NCBI GenBank assembly: GCA_963745035.1
Contig: CAVUVW010000013.1
Span: forward strand, 992,001 to 1,056,000
Direction: 5' to 3'
DNA from: an uncultured delta proteobacterium
GTDB lineage: Bacteria; Desulfobacterota; Binatia; UBA9968
Length of the DNA: 64,000 nucleotides
Shown: one piece after another, positions 42,512 through 53,494 of the stretch
How positions within the stretch are numbered: the first letter of the stretch is position 1
Layout: every line of letters starts with the position of its first letter
Notes under the pieces: generated by a model
What the model was told of the DNA's origin: nothing
The model's database searches: none
Seen by the model: the letters and a program-made list of their open reading frames with translations, nothing else
Position numbers and translations under genes: made by a program

Positions 42512-43481
42512 ATGAAACTGAAGATACTCATCGTCGCTTTGGCCTTATTCGGCGCGAGCACGGCGCTGCACGGCCAAGCGTTTCCGAACAAGCCCATCGA
42601 GCTCGTCGTAGCGTCGAGCCCGGGCGGCGGCGTCGATCTGATATTCCGCCTCATCGCCGAGGAGCTCGGCAAAAATCTAAAGACACAAGTGAATGTCGTC
42701 AATCAGCCGGCTGGCGGCGGCGCCATCGCTGCCGAGAAAGTCGCTGGCGCGCGCAAAGATGGCTACATCCTGCTTGGGCTCGCTGCTCGGCCAGGTCGCC
42801 ACCATGACCGTGGCCAATCCGAAGACGCCTGCCAACTTCGCCCGCGACTTTCAACCGATCGCGATCTTGCACGGCTACGCCGCGGTGATCATGCTCGGTC
42901 GCGCCGACGCGGAGTTTAAGACCGTGAAAGACATCGTCGCCCACGCCCAGAAAAAACCCGGCGATCTGATCGTTGCCGTGGGCCCGGCAGGCACCAGCCT
43001 CACGTTGGAAGTGGAATTGTTAAAACGCGCCGCGAAGATCGACCTCACCTCTCTGCCCTTCGCCGGCTCGGCGCAGGCAATCACCAATTTGCTCGGCGGC
43101 CATGTGAATTTCGCCATGGCGTCGGACGTTGCCGCCCAGCCGCATATCAAAGCGGGAAAGCTCGTCGGCATCGCGGTCGATGTCGAATCGGCGGTCCTCC
43201 CCAATGTACCGACATTCGCCAAGCAAGGTTACCCGCAAGTCAATTTGCTCGCCAGTGTCGCCTTGCTGGCGCCCAAAGGCTTGCCGGAAGCGACTACGAA
43301 AACTCTAACGGACGCGATCAGGAAAACCGTCGAAGAACCGAAGCTTCAGGAAAATTTGAAAGCGCGCGGCTACAACATCGATCTGCGCACTGCGGCGGCG
43401 GACGTCGACAAACTGGTCAAAGAGGAAATCGACAAATACTCGCGCTTCACGCCCGAGGATCTCGGCTGGAAATCGAAGTAG
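42512..43481 (+). CDS. tctC: Tripartite tricarboxylate transporter binding protein TctC/Bug (frameshift near 42780)
   Basis: FPNKPIELVV..PGGGVD, DGY, LLGGHV, LPNVPT. Confidence 0.88.
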
Positions 43482-43618
43482 CTGAGAGGCCCCGTTGATC
43501 GCACGTCATCGAATCCACCGCGAGGGCGGGCGCATCGTCCCGGCGCGTTGTCCACTTGCAGTTTTTATGCTATCGGCTACAAAAGTGAATCCAATTGCAC
43601 GGATAGAAAGGAAGGACC

Positions 43619-44092
43619 ATGCCGCTTCACGTTAAGAAGGATGACGTTCCTGAAAGAAAGGGAGTTCGCACAGGCGCTGAAGGCGAAGGCTCGATGATAT
43701 CGGTCAAAGGCTACGGCAACGAATGCAGTCTGATGATCGCATCGCGGGCGCCGGGATATCACACGACGCCGCATGTTCATGAATCGGAGCAGCTCAACTA
43801 CATTCAAGAGGGCGAAATTTGGTTCTTTGTCGAGGACCAGGGCTTTCACTGCAAGCAGGGCGACTTTCAAAGAATCCCCGCAAACAAAGTGCACTGGGCG
43901 TGGAACCGATCCGACAAGGATGCCGTCGTCATCGAAGCCCACTCTCCGGGGCTGGTGGGACTCAAGGCGGCCAACGGCGCCGTGGCCCTGTTCGACGACG
44001 GCGAAGCGCCGCAGATGCGCCGGCCGGGAATAAATGAATTTGTTTCCTTCGATGCCGCCGCGGTGGAAAGAAAATATTTCGCGGAATCTTGA
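43619..44092 (+). CDS. Cupin domain protein
   Basis: PHVHESEQLNYIQEG...GD...IPANKVH. Confidence 0.85.
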   Translation: MPLHVKKDDVPERKGVRTGAEGEGSMISVKGYGNECSLMIASRAPGYHTTPHVHESEQLNYIQEGEIWFFVEDQGFHCKQGDFQRIPANKVHWAWNRSDKDAVVIEAHSPGLVGLKAANGAVALFDDGEAPQMRRPGINEFVSFDAAAVERKYFAES

Positions 44093-44099
44093 CGATTAG

Positions 44100-45096
44100 A
44101 TGACCGTTCGTCTCACATTATTGCTGCTAGGCTGCGCGCTGGTCGCGCTGGCGCCCGACCGGATCAAGCGCGCAGGAACCGCTGCGTATTCCCTACGGCG
44201 TGACGACTTCTCTCCAACACCTGCCGGTTCTCGTCGGCAAAGATAGCGGCCTGTTCGCGAAGTACGGTCTCAACGTCGAACCCGTTCACATCCGCGGCGG
44301 CGCGTTGATCACGACCATGATCATGAGCGGCACCGTGCAGTTTTCCGGCGCCGGCGCCGAATCCGTGGTCTCGGCGCGCATCGAAGGCGGCGACGTGGCG
44401 TTGATCGCCTGCCCGGCCGACAGCGATGCGGTCTATTTTGTCGCGCGGCCGGAGATCAAAACGGCGGCAAATCTCAAAGGCAAGAGCAGCGCGGTCACGA
44501 GGCTCGGCTCCACCACTCATTTTTATTTGCGCGCCGCCTTGCGCTCCTTGGGATTGGACCCCGAAAAAGACATGACCATTCTCCAGCTTGGAGGCGGTCC
44601 GGAGATCGTTGCGGCGATGCGCGGCGGCAGAGTCGCCGCGGCCGCCCTGCCTTACCGCAATACTTTCAGTTTGATCCAGTCGGGCTGGCCGCTCCTGGTC
44701 GATATGTCGACTCCGAATTTTGTTTATCCGTCGTCGTGCGTCGCCACCACCCGAGCGTTCATCAAGAGCAATCCGGCAGTGGTCGAGCGCTTTCTCAAGG
44801 CTTACATAGAATCGACGTGGCTCATCAAGAAAGACAGCGCGCTCGCCGAGCAGGTCATCAAGAAATGGCATCGGGAAACCGATGGCGCATTCATCAAGAA
44901 GACCGTGGAAGTCTACGCGCGCATTTTCAAGCCGTTACCGTACATTTCGGATCAGGGATTGGAGATCGTCTTGAAGGAAATTGCCGCGCGCCGGCCGGTG
45001 TCAAAAGAGTTTTTCGGAAAACCGGAACTGTTTCGCGATCACGGCCCGCTCGACAAACTCGCCAAGGAAGGCTGGATCGAACGCGCCGGCCAATAA
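44100..45096 (+). CDS. ABC substrate-binding protein, SsuA/NMT1 family (frameshift near 44165)
   Basis: Signal peptide from ATG 44100; GLFAKYGLNVE, LKGKSSAVTRLGSTT. Confidence 0.85.
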
Positions 45097-45208
45097 ACGA
45101 ACAAATGCGCGGTGCAAATTTGCCGTTATTCTCCAAACCTGGAGGCCGAACCATCCAGGTAACCGGCCGGCGATCACTTTTCACAAAACGGCTGAGCGCG
45201 ATCGACGC

Positions 45209-46175
45209 CTAGCGCACGCTCAGTTCTCGCTGCGCCTCTTCGAGGAAAGAAAGGTTCGCGACTTGAGAGTGAGGAACTTGTTTCTGTGACTTGTTCGCCC
45301 TGAGAGTTTGCTGAATCACATTTTCGATCGCGGCATCGCTCGCCGAGCCATTCGCGCTCAGCGTTTTGATCATGACCTGATAGCTTTTCTCGGCGACATC
45401 GGCATCGATCTTCCATTGCTTGGCGATGAACTCGACGACCTTGAGCTTTTCTTTGCGCAAGTAGAGCAAACTTTTGACGAAACCCCGCACCATCCGTCTT
45501 ACCTGAGCTGGGTTCTTGCCGATCTTGTTGTCCGAAGTGACCAGGCCGGCTTGAAGTTGTTCTTTGACGACATCGCCGGCCCACGCCAACACGCGAAATC
45601 CTTCCTTCTCGCCGATGACGTCGTACGGCGGCGTGAAAATCGCGCCGTGCACCGCGCCCGCGCGCAAGGCCGCTTGATTGTTCGCCTGGCTGCCGAGCCC
45701 CTGCGTGACGATGTCGCGCTCGGGATTGAGCCCGAAGGACCTGACGATCTCGCGCGCCACGATGATCCGTCGTGCTGCCAATGGACGTGACGGCGATACT
45801 CTTGCCTTTCAAATCCGCCGGCGTCTTGATCTCGGGGCGAACATTAAGCGCGAGCGCCGGACGGATGCCGCCAAAGGCGATCACCTTCACGGGCAGACCG
45901 GTCGTCGCCGCGCGCATCATGGTGTCGGCGAGCGTTGCATAATCGAGATCGCCCTGAAGCAACGCCGGCGCCACCAATCGGCCATTCATCAAGACGACTT
46001 GGACGTCGAGTCCTTCTTCCCGAAAGATCCCGAAACGTACTCCAACGTAGGAGGGCAACTGGCTCAGCGCCGTAACCGGGATGCCGAGGGTCACTCTATC
46101 CGGCTTTTCTTGAGCGAGAACATGATAGAAAGATAAGCACAAAAACAAGCAGATCAGCGAAGTTTTCTTAAAATA
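45209..46175 (-). CDS. ABC substrate-binding protein, SsuA/NMT1 family (frameshift near 45775; start approximate)
   Basis: GIFREEGLDVQVV, DLKGKSIAVTSIGSTTD. Confidence 0.82.
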
Positions 46176-46240
46176 TTTACTCCTATGTTCCTATTGCTTG
46201 GCCGTGGCCTCCGCATCCGCATAACTTCCTTCCTTGAGAG

Positions 46241-46744
46241 CTAAGCCGCTTTCTGACTTGCGCCGCGATAACGCCAGCGCAACAGCCGCCGCTCGATGAC
46301 TTCCGCGCAGAAGAATAACAACAGGACAAACGCCATGATGAGAAAGATGAGTCCCATGGTAAGGGCCGCATTGTAAGTGCTTTGCGCAAACTGAAGTAAA
46401 TAACCTAGGCCGCGTGTCGCTGCGACAAACTCGCCGACGCAGGCACCCGTAAAAGCAAACCCGACGGCGACCTTGAGACTGCCAAGCACCCACGCCGTTA
46501 CCGAAGGAATGTAAACCTCGCGCAACAGAACCATGCGCCCGCCGCCGAGGGTGCGCACCCGATCCACCAAAAGCTGGTTGACGTCTTTGATGCCGTTGTA
46601 GACGGCAAAAAAAATCAGCACGGCGACGAGCACGACCGCGAGGGCGATCTTCGACGGCACTTCGATGCCCAGCCAGATGACGAAGAGCGGCGCAAAAATG
46701 ACCCGCGGGATCGCGTTGAGCAGCAGCATGACCGGCTCGAGCAT
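46241..46744 (-). pseudogene. ABC permease (SsuC/TauC type), N-terminal part missing
   Basis: LNAIPRVIFAPLFVIWLG, EAA-like loop, VGEFVAATRGLG; begins mid-domain at the end of the binding-protein gene. Confidence 0.65.
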
Positions 46745-47808
46745 AACTTCCGACGATCGAAAGATCGAGCAAAGGCTTGTGGTCGACCGAGGGAGCTAAT
46801 AGACCCGCGGCCCTGTGCGCCTCCGCGACTCGGTTAGCCGCGGCAAGATCGATTTTCACATTGTCGGGATAGAGCGAGCGGCGGTAACGTTCGAGAATAC
46901 CCGCGAGGCGGTCGCGATTGGCGCCGGTGATAAGCTCCTTGGGCAGCGCGGCGACGGCTTCTTTCACGGGGATAGCGCCGGTATCGCGCAAACCTTTGGC
47001 CAGCGCGCGCGAAAGCCGCGCCATCTCGTCGCGGCGCCGCTCGCGTTCCTCCAGGCGTACCGCCACGCCCATGAACTCGTAGGCTCCGCCGAGGTGGCGG
47101 TTGGCCTCCTCGATATCCATGATATTCGAAATCACGCGGCCTCCCGCCTCGGTAACCAAGCTCAACGCCGGCTCCTGGACCATCCCGGCATCCACTTGGC
47201 CCAGTTTGAGCGCGTCCAAGATATTCGTGCCGAGAGTCGCAAAACGCACTTTGTTGGAATCCGCGCCCGCGCGCTTCATGAGAAACAGCAGCAATATATG
47301 TTCGGCGTTGCCCAATGCAGAAATCCCGACCGTGCGGTTTTCCAGATCCTTGAAGACTACGGATCTCTTTGGCTGTTTTCGGCGCGCTGGCGAGAGCAAA
47401 CAACGGCAGCCTTCCCGTCGATGCAAAACGCGCAATCTTCGCGCCGCGCGCATACGCTTGCAGCGCGACATCGAAAGATGTTCCGGCGTAATCCACCGAA
47501 CCGCCGACCAGCGCCTGCATCGCCACATTGCCGCCACGCGTGTAGACCAAGCGAACGTCGAGGCCCTCGTCCTTGAAATGGCCGCGCGCGCGCGTGACTT
47601 CGTAGGGAATGACGCAGAGAAGCTGGCCGCAAAAAGCAAGCAATACCTGGCGGCCTTGTCCGTAGGCGTTCCTCTCCGAAACGAAGATGATGCCGCCCGC
47701 CAGACCGGCAAGTCGTTTGAGCGCGCCGCGGCGACCGATGAATTTCTTACCGTTGACGATTTCCGGTTCGCCGGTGAATTCCGGAGTTAATTTTTCGCAG
47801 CAATCCAT
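46745..47808 (-). CDS. ABC substrate-binding protein with Tat-like signal (frameshift near 47350; no stop before permease remnant)
   Basis: IGRRGALK leader; GHFKDEGLDVRLV, GQVDAGMVQEP. Confidence 0.8.
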
Positions 47809-48040
47809 GGCGGCCTCCGAATTTTTTAGTGCCTGTTGCCGGTGATCCGCGAATCTACGTTGGGGTCTAAGCGGGTTGGGCTTGCAATCGCGCTAGTAAA
47901 ATACAACATCAACATCAAAAGACAACCGCGATAGATCTTGCCACGCGTGCGAAGCAATTGTACAGTCGCTCATCAATGGAGTGACGCGGCGGACATCAGA
48001 TCCGCCAGCTGAAGCGTCGGACCCTAGGAACGGCAAGGAA

Positions 48041-48796
48041 ATGAAAAACAACTGTACATTGGCCGCCAATTTGATCGCTTCTTTGGAACTAAAACTACCG
48101 CCGGTCGCCGTCGCATTCTCCGATGCCGCCAATGTCCCGCGCTATGATGGCATCGCGCCTGCCGGATGCTTTTTCTGGCAGGAGGCGGCGACCCGAACGT
48201 TCGTCACCGCTGCGAAGGATCATGGGCTCTGCTCGATCGGCGTGCATACGCACCATCTGGCCCAGCCTGCGCGCACTCATTTAACCGAGCTGAGCGAAGC
48301 GCTTAAGGCCATGTGCGATCTCGACTACGTGCGTCCCGAAGAAGTGGCAAACATTCCCGTGATCAAGCGAGAAGTTAAGTATGTGACTTATGGGCCCCTG
48401 GCCGCCTTCCCGCTTTTTCCGGAAGTGGTCATCCTCTTCGCCCACGCCCGGCAAAGTCTTGTTCTCAGTGAGGCGGCGGCTCGCGTTGACAAGGGCGCTC
48501 CGCCGGCCATGGGACGCCCCGCCTGCGCCATGGTTCCGCATGTGCTCAATCGTGGAAACGCCGCCATGAGTCTGGGCTGCTGCGGCGCGCGCGCTTACCT
48601 CGACACCCTGACCGACGACGTAGCCATGTGGGCGTTCCCGGGCGGCAAGCTCGAGCAATATGATACCGAGATTGCCGCGCTAGCGCGCGCAAATAAAACG
48701 TTGACAACGTTTCATCTGCGTCGGCGCGAGGATGTCGAGGCCGGTAAGCAGCCCACCGTAAGAGAATCGCTCGAACGACTTTCGTCTCGGCAATAA
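48041..48796 (+). CDS. DUF169 family Cys-rich protein
   Basis: PPVAVAF, GC.FW, YGPL, PEVVI, MSLGCCGAR. Confidence 0.8.
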   Translation: MKNNCTLAANLIASLELKLPPVAVAFSDAANVPRYDGIAPAGCFFWQEAATRTFVTAAKDHGLCSIGVHTHHLAQPARTHLTELSEALKAMCDLDYVRPEEVANIPVIKREVKYVTYGPLAAFPLFPEVVILFAHARQSLVLSEAAARVDKGAPPAMGRPACAMVPHVLNRGNAAMSLGCCGARAYLDTLTDDVAMWAFPGGKLEQYDTEIAALARANKTLTTFHLRRREDVEAGKQPTVRESLERLSSRQ

Positions 48797-48848
48797 AATT
48801 GACGCAACGGCGGCCGCAGCCGCCGTTTGCAAGAAATGGGGGACGGCC

Positions 48849-49699
48849 ATGCCCATAGCAAATGTCCGCGGCGCGAACATCAATTATAAAGTGCTCGGCA
48901 GTCAAGGTCCCTGGGTGGCGCTTGTCGCCCGGCGGCCGGCGCGACATCAGCGGCATCGAGCTGCTGGCCAGCGAAGTTGCCAAGCGTCGGCCACCGGGTC
49001 GTCATCTTCGACCGGCGCAACTGCGGCGCCTCCGACGTCGTCATCGACGGCAACGAATCGGAATACGAGATCTGGGCGGACGATATCCATGAACTGCTTA
49101 CGCAGCTCGGCGCCCTACCCGCCTTCGTCGGCGGCAGCTCGTCGGGTTGCCGAACGGCGCTGTTGTTCGCGCTGCGCCATCCCGATGCGGTTCGCGGGCT
49201 GCTCCTGTGGCGCGTCACCGGCGGCCGCTTCGCCTGCGAGCGTTTGGCGGAAGAATACTATGGCCAGTTTATCGAGGCGGCAAAAAAGGGCGGCATGGCG
49301 GCGGTCTGTGAAATGGAACATTGGAAAGAGCGCATCGAAGCGAGGCCGGAGAACCGCGCCGCGCTGATGAACATGACGCCCGATCGTTTCATCGCGGTGA
49401 TGTCGCACTGGCGCGAGTATTTTCTCAAAGGCGCCGACCTGCCCGTGATCGGCGCCAGCGAAGCGGACTCAAAATCCATCAAAGTTCCGGCTTGCGTCGT
49501 TCCCGGCAACGACAACACCCACGGCCGTCAAACCGGCGAGAACCTCGGCCGCCTGCTGCAAAAGAGCGAAGTGCATATGCTTTTTCCAAAGCACTATGAC
49601 GAGCCGCTGAGCCCGCGGGAAGAATGGGACGAAAAGGCCGGCGAAATGGCCGCGCTGTTTTCCGACTTTATCAAACGATCTTCGGCGGCCGCGGCCTGA
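48849..49699 (+). CDS. Alpha/beta hydrolase (frameshifts near 48925-48985)
   Basis: INYKVLG, FDRRNCGAS, GGSSSG nucleophile elbow. Confidence 0.82.
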
Positions 49700-49725
49700 G
49701 CATCAAAGCGAGAGCGAGGAAGACA

Positions 49726-50406
49726 ATGTTCGACCCAGTGGAAGCGACAAAAGAAAAAATGGTTTTGGTTTGCAAGGTGCTGCAAAAGCAGCGCATGGTC
49801 GACGGCTACGGCCATCTGACGGTGCGGCTCGGCGACGGCCGCTTCTTGAGCACGCCGCATATGCCGCCGGGGAAAGTCGCTCTGCGCGACCTGATCTTCA
49901 TCGATGCCGAAGGCAAAAAACTCCAGGGCGTCGGCGAGCCCAACGGCGAAACGCCGATGCATACCTCCATCTACAAAGCGCGGCCCGACGTGCAGTGCAT
50001 CTTGCACTATCACCCCGATGAAGTGATCGCGGTAGCGGCTACTGGTCAAGGAATCAAAGTCCTGTCCAACAGCGGCGTCCACTTTTACCGCGGCACCCCG
50101 ATCTATGATTCCCCGTTGCTCATCCGAACTCACCAGCTCGGCGACAAAGTCGCCGCCACCTTGGGTGATCGCAGCGCGGTGCTGCTGCGCGGTCATGGCG
50201 GGACGGTGGTGTCGAACAATCTCGATAATTTGCTGCGCCTCGGTCTCGATCTCGTGCGCGCCGCCAAACTGCAGATCATGACCGCGCCTCTTGGTGCACT
50301 CAAAACCCATAGCCAGGAAGAATGCGAGCAGATGGTCAAGGGCCATGACCAACCCAACGCAAATCGCCGTTACATCGACTACTACATTTCCGAGCTCGTC
50401 GACTGA
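49726..50406 (+). CDS. Class II aldolase/adducin family protein
   Basis: GHLTVR, ETPMHTSIYKARPDV..ILHYHP, LLRGHG. Confidence 0.9.
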   Translation: MFDPVEATKEKMVLVCKVLQKQRMVDGYGHLTVRLGDGRFLSTPHMPPGKVALRDLIFIDAEGKKLQGVGEPNGETPMHTSIYKARPDVQCILHYHPDEVIAVAATGQGIKVLSNSGVHFYRGTPIYDSPLLIRTHQLGDKVAATLGDRSAVLLRGHGGTVVSNNLDNLLRLGLDLVRAAKLQIMTAPLGALKTHSQEECEQMVKGHDQPNANRRYIDYYISELVD

Positions 50407-50671
50407 ACGGCGGCCGCAAGGTCAGCGGGGATATTTCGCCGCCAGCTCGACCGCCATCGATCGGAGGCGGCCAGCGCAGACACCATTGTTGACTGTCCAC
50501 GGTAAACCAAAGTTGCCGATCGCCGCCGCTGCTCGAACGTGCGCCGGCAAACGGTCGACATTCCCGCATTCCCGCGGGAAATCTCGCTCGCAACCGCCGG
50601 GATGCGGATTGGAATAAAGCTTGCTCCTCCGCGGATCAGTTCGCAATCAAGTCTGAAAGGAGAAACAAATC

Positions 50672-51699
50672 ATGGCGGATAGACCGAAAGTTTGTATCGA
50701 TCGGGTGTTGCCGACGGAGTTCATGCGCCCGCAGCGCACCATGCGCACGCGCGGCGGCGAGCGTGCCATAGCGCCGATCGGAAAAACCTGGATGAACGGA
50801 TCGACCCTGCGCGTGCGCTTTCATCGGCGGCAGCGCGAGCGAACAGGCGACCGCGCGCGAGCAGGCCGGCTGGTGGGCGCAGGCCTGCAACTTGAAATTC
50901 GACTTCAACAACGCGCCCAACGCGGAAATCCGCATCGCCTTCGATCAGAGCGACGGCGCCTGGTCCTACGTCGGCACAGACTGCCGCAACATTCCCGCCA
51001 ACCAGCCGACCATGAACCTCGGCTTTCTCGACGGCGGCACCACCGCGCACGAGTTCGGCCACGCCATCGGCCTCGCCCACGAGCACCAGAATCCGCAAGG
51101 CGGCATCCAGTGGAACGAGCAAGTCGTGATCGAAGAGCTGGCGAAGTCGCCCAACTTCTGGGACGAGGCGACGGCCCGGCACAACGTCCTGCGCAAATAC
51201 AGCATCGACCAGATCAACGGCACCGAGTTCGATCCCGACTCGATCATGCTCTACTTCTTTCCGGCGTCATGGACGCTCAACGGCATCGCCACCAAGGCCA
51301 ATGAGATTCTCTCGACCATCGACAAGCAATTCGTCGCCGGCGCCAAGATGTATCCCAAGACCGGCGTGACCCCCTCGAATGCCGTCGAGCTCCAAGTCAA
51401 CGCCAACAAGCGCACCGCCGCATCGATCGGCAAGTTCGGCGAGGAGGATCTCTATCCAATTCACCGCCGCGCGCGACGGCCGCTACCGCATCGACACGCG
51501 CGGCTCGACCGACGTCGTGATGAAGCTCTTCGGTCCGAACAGCGAAACAGCGCTGATCGCCGAAGACGACGATTCCGGGGTCGATACCAACGCGCTGATC
51601 ACGCGGGAGCTCGTCGCCGGCCAGTATTTCGTCCAGGTCCGGCACTACAATCGCGCGAGCGGCAAAGGGAAGTATTCGATCAAAGTGCAGCGGCTCTAA
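50672..51699 (+). CDS. M12A/astacin-like zinc metallopeptidase with C-terminal PPC-like domain (frameshifts near 50820 and 51455)
   Basis: WSYVGTD, HEFGHAIGLAHEH, SIMLY Met-turn; EDDDSG..NALI..AGQYFVQV. Confidence 0.85.
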
Positions 51700-51771
51700 A
51701 GCGTGCGCGCCGATGCGCGTCCGGGAAGCTTCACTATCGGCATGAACCCGCCGCGCGCGAAACGAACAAGC

Positions 51772-51846
51772 AGATAAGGAGACGCGGAGACAAGGAAATT
51801 GTCTTCCCGTCTCCGAGTCGCTTTGTCTCCCAGTCTCCCCTCTCCA
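51772..51846. repeat. Degenerate 8-bp tandem repeats forming an inverted pair
   Basis: GGAGACGC/GGAGACAA units facing GTCTCC units between the peptidase and PrpD genes. Confidence 0.65.
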
Positions 51847-51947
51847 GCGCACGCCGAAGGGCGAACGGCTTGCGCGCGCGCCACGCGCCGCATAAAGTCG
51901 AGCCTCGCCCTTGCACGGCGGCAAAACTTTCCAGACGAGGTTTCCTC

Positions 51948-53368
51948 ATGAACGCCGGCCTGAAAACCACTGCGGCCGCAGCCGAATTCGTCGAGCAGAT
52001 CACGGCCGATGCGATTCCCGCCGAAGCCATGCGCATCGGCACGCGCTGCCTGCTCGACGGCCTCGGCCTTTTCGTCGCCGGCTCCGAAGAGCACACCGTG
52101 CAACTTCTCGTCGAAGACGCCGCAAGAGCTGGGCGGACGGCCCGACGCTCTGTTGCTGAGCCGCGGCAGCGCGAAAGTGCCGGCGCCGACGGCCGCGCGC
52201 ATCCTGGGCACCGCCGGTCACGCCCACGATTGGGACGATAGTCAAGTGAGCGTCGATCCGGCGCACGTGTACGGGCTTGTTGACTCACCCGACGATTCCG
52301 CCGCTTTCGAGCGCGCTGGTGATGGCGCAAAAACTCGGCGCCGTCGACGGCACGGGCTTTTATGACTCGCGTTCCTTGCCGGCTTCGAAGTCGAGTGCAA
52401 GATCTCCGAATGGATGCTGCCGGAGCACTACCTCAAAGGCATGCATTCGAGCGGCACCGTCGGCACCTTCGGCGCCTACGCCGCGGCGGCGAAGCTGCTC
52501 GGATTGACGGGCGACAAGCTGCGCAGCGGCTTCGGCATCGCGGCCAGTTTCGCCGCCGGCATTCGCTGCAACTTCGGCACGATGACCAAGCCGCTCCACG
52601 TCGGCCGCGCCGCCGAGAACGGCGTCACCGCCGCGCTGCTGGCGGCGCGCGGTTTTACCGCCGATCCGGACGCGCTCGACGGCCCCTGGGGTTTTTACGC
52701 CGTGCACGGCGGCGGCGTCAGCGCCGAAAAAGTCTCCCAAGGCTTCGGCAAGGTTTGGACGATCGTCGAGCCGGGCGTATCGATCAAGCCGTACCCGTGC
52801 GGCGTGCTGACTCATCCGACCATCGATCTGATGCTGCAGCTCGTCACCGAACACGACATCGAGCCGGATCGAGATCGAGGCCGTCAAAGTTTACGCCGGC
52901 ACGAATATCCTAAATCCGATCCGCTATCCGATCGCTGCCAATCATCTGCAGGCGAAATTTTCTCTTCCCGCCGCGCTGGCGATGATCGCGCTGGCCCGCC
53001 GCGCCGGCAAGCGGGAATTCTCCGACGAGTTCGTCGGATCGGCGCCGATGCAGGCGATGCAGCAGCGCATCACCACCGAACTGGATCCGGAAATCGAAAA
53101 GATGGGCTTCGACAAAATGCGCTCGCGCATCGCCATTCGACTCAAAGACGGCCGCGCCGTGGAAGGCTGGGCCGACGAGCGCTACCGCGGCGGCCCGGAA
53201 AATCCGCTGAGCGATGCCGACCTCGAAGCCAAAGTGCGCTCGTGCTGCGAGGGCGCGCTCGATCGCGAACGGCAGTCGGAGTTGATCAATGCGGCTCGGA
53301 AAATCACCGAGCTCGCCGATGTCGGAGATTTGATGCGCATCGTCAATTGTCTGAAACGAGAATCGTAG
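51948..53368 (+). CDS. MmgE/PrpD family protein (several frameshifts)
   Basis: HAHDWDD, THPT, HYLKGMH, TMTKPLH, KPYPCG, RGGPENPL. Confidence 0.88.
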
Positions 53369-53494
53369 ACGCTTGTTTGGATTATTTTTAACTGTGGGGT
53401 GAGTGAAGAAGCATAGGATGGGCTGAGAGCGTTAACGATATCCTTCGTCCCCAACACTGAAATCAAGACGCAGCGGGAAATTGACCCGCGGCGA

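Noticed and set aside
51699-52241. Peptidase-PrpD fusion (ORF 50892-52241)
   Set aside because: The frame passes through an intergenic repeat after a frameshift; the peptidase ends at 51699 and PrpD starts at 51948.
53410-53450. Degenerate GTAG-type REP (ATAGGATGGGCTGAG...GATATCCTTC)
   Set aside because: Single weak copy with poor pairing; not supportable from this window.
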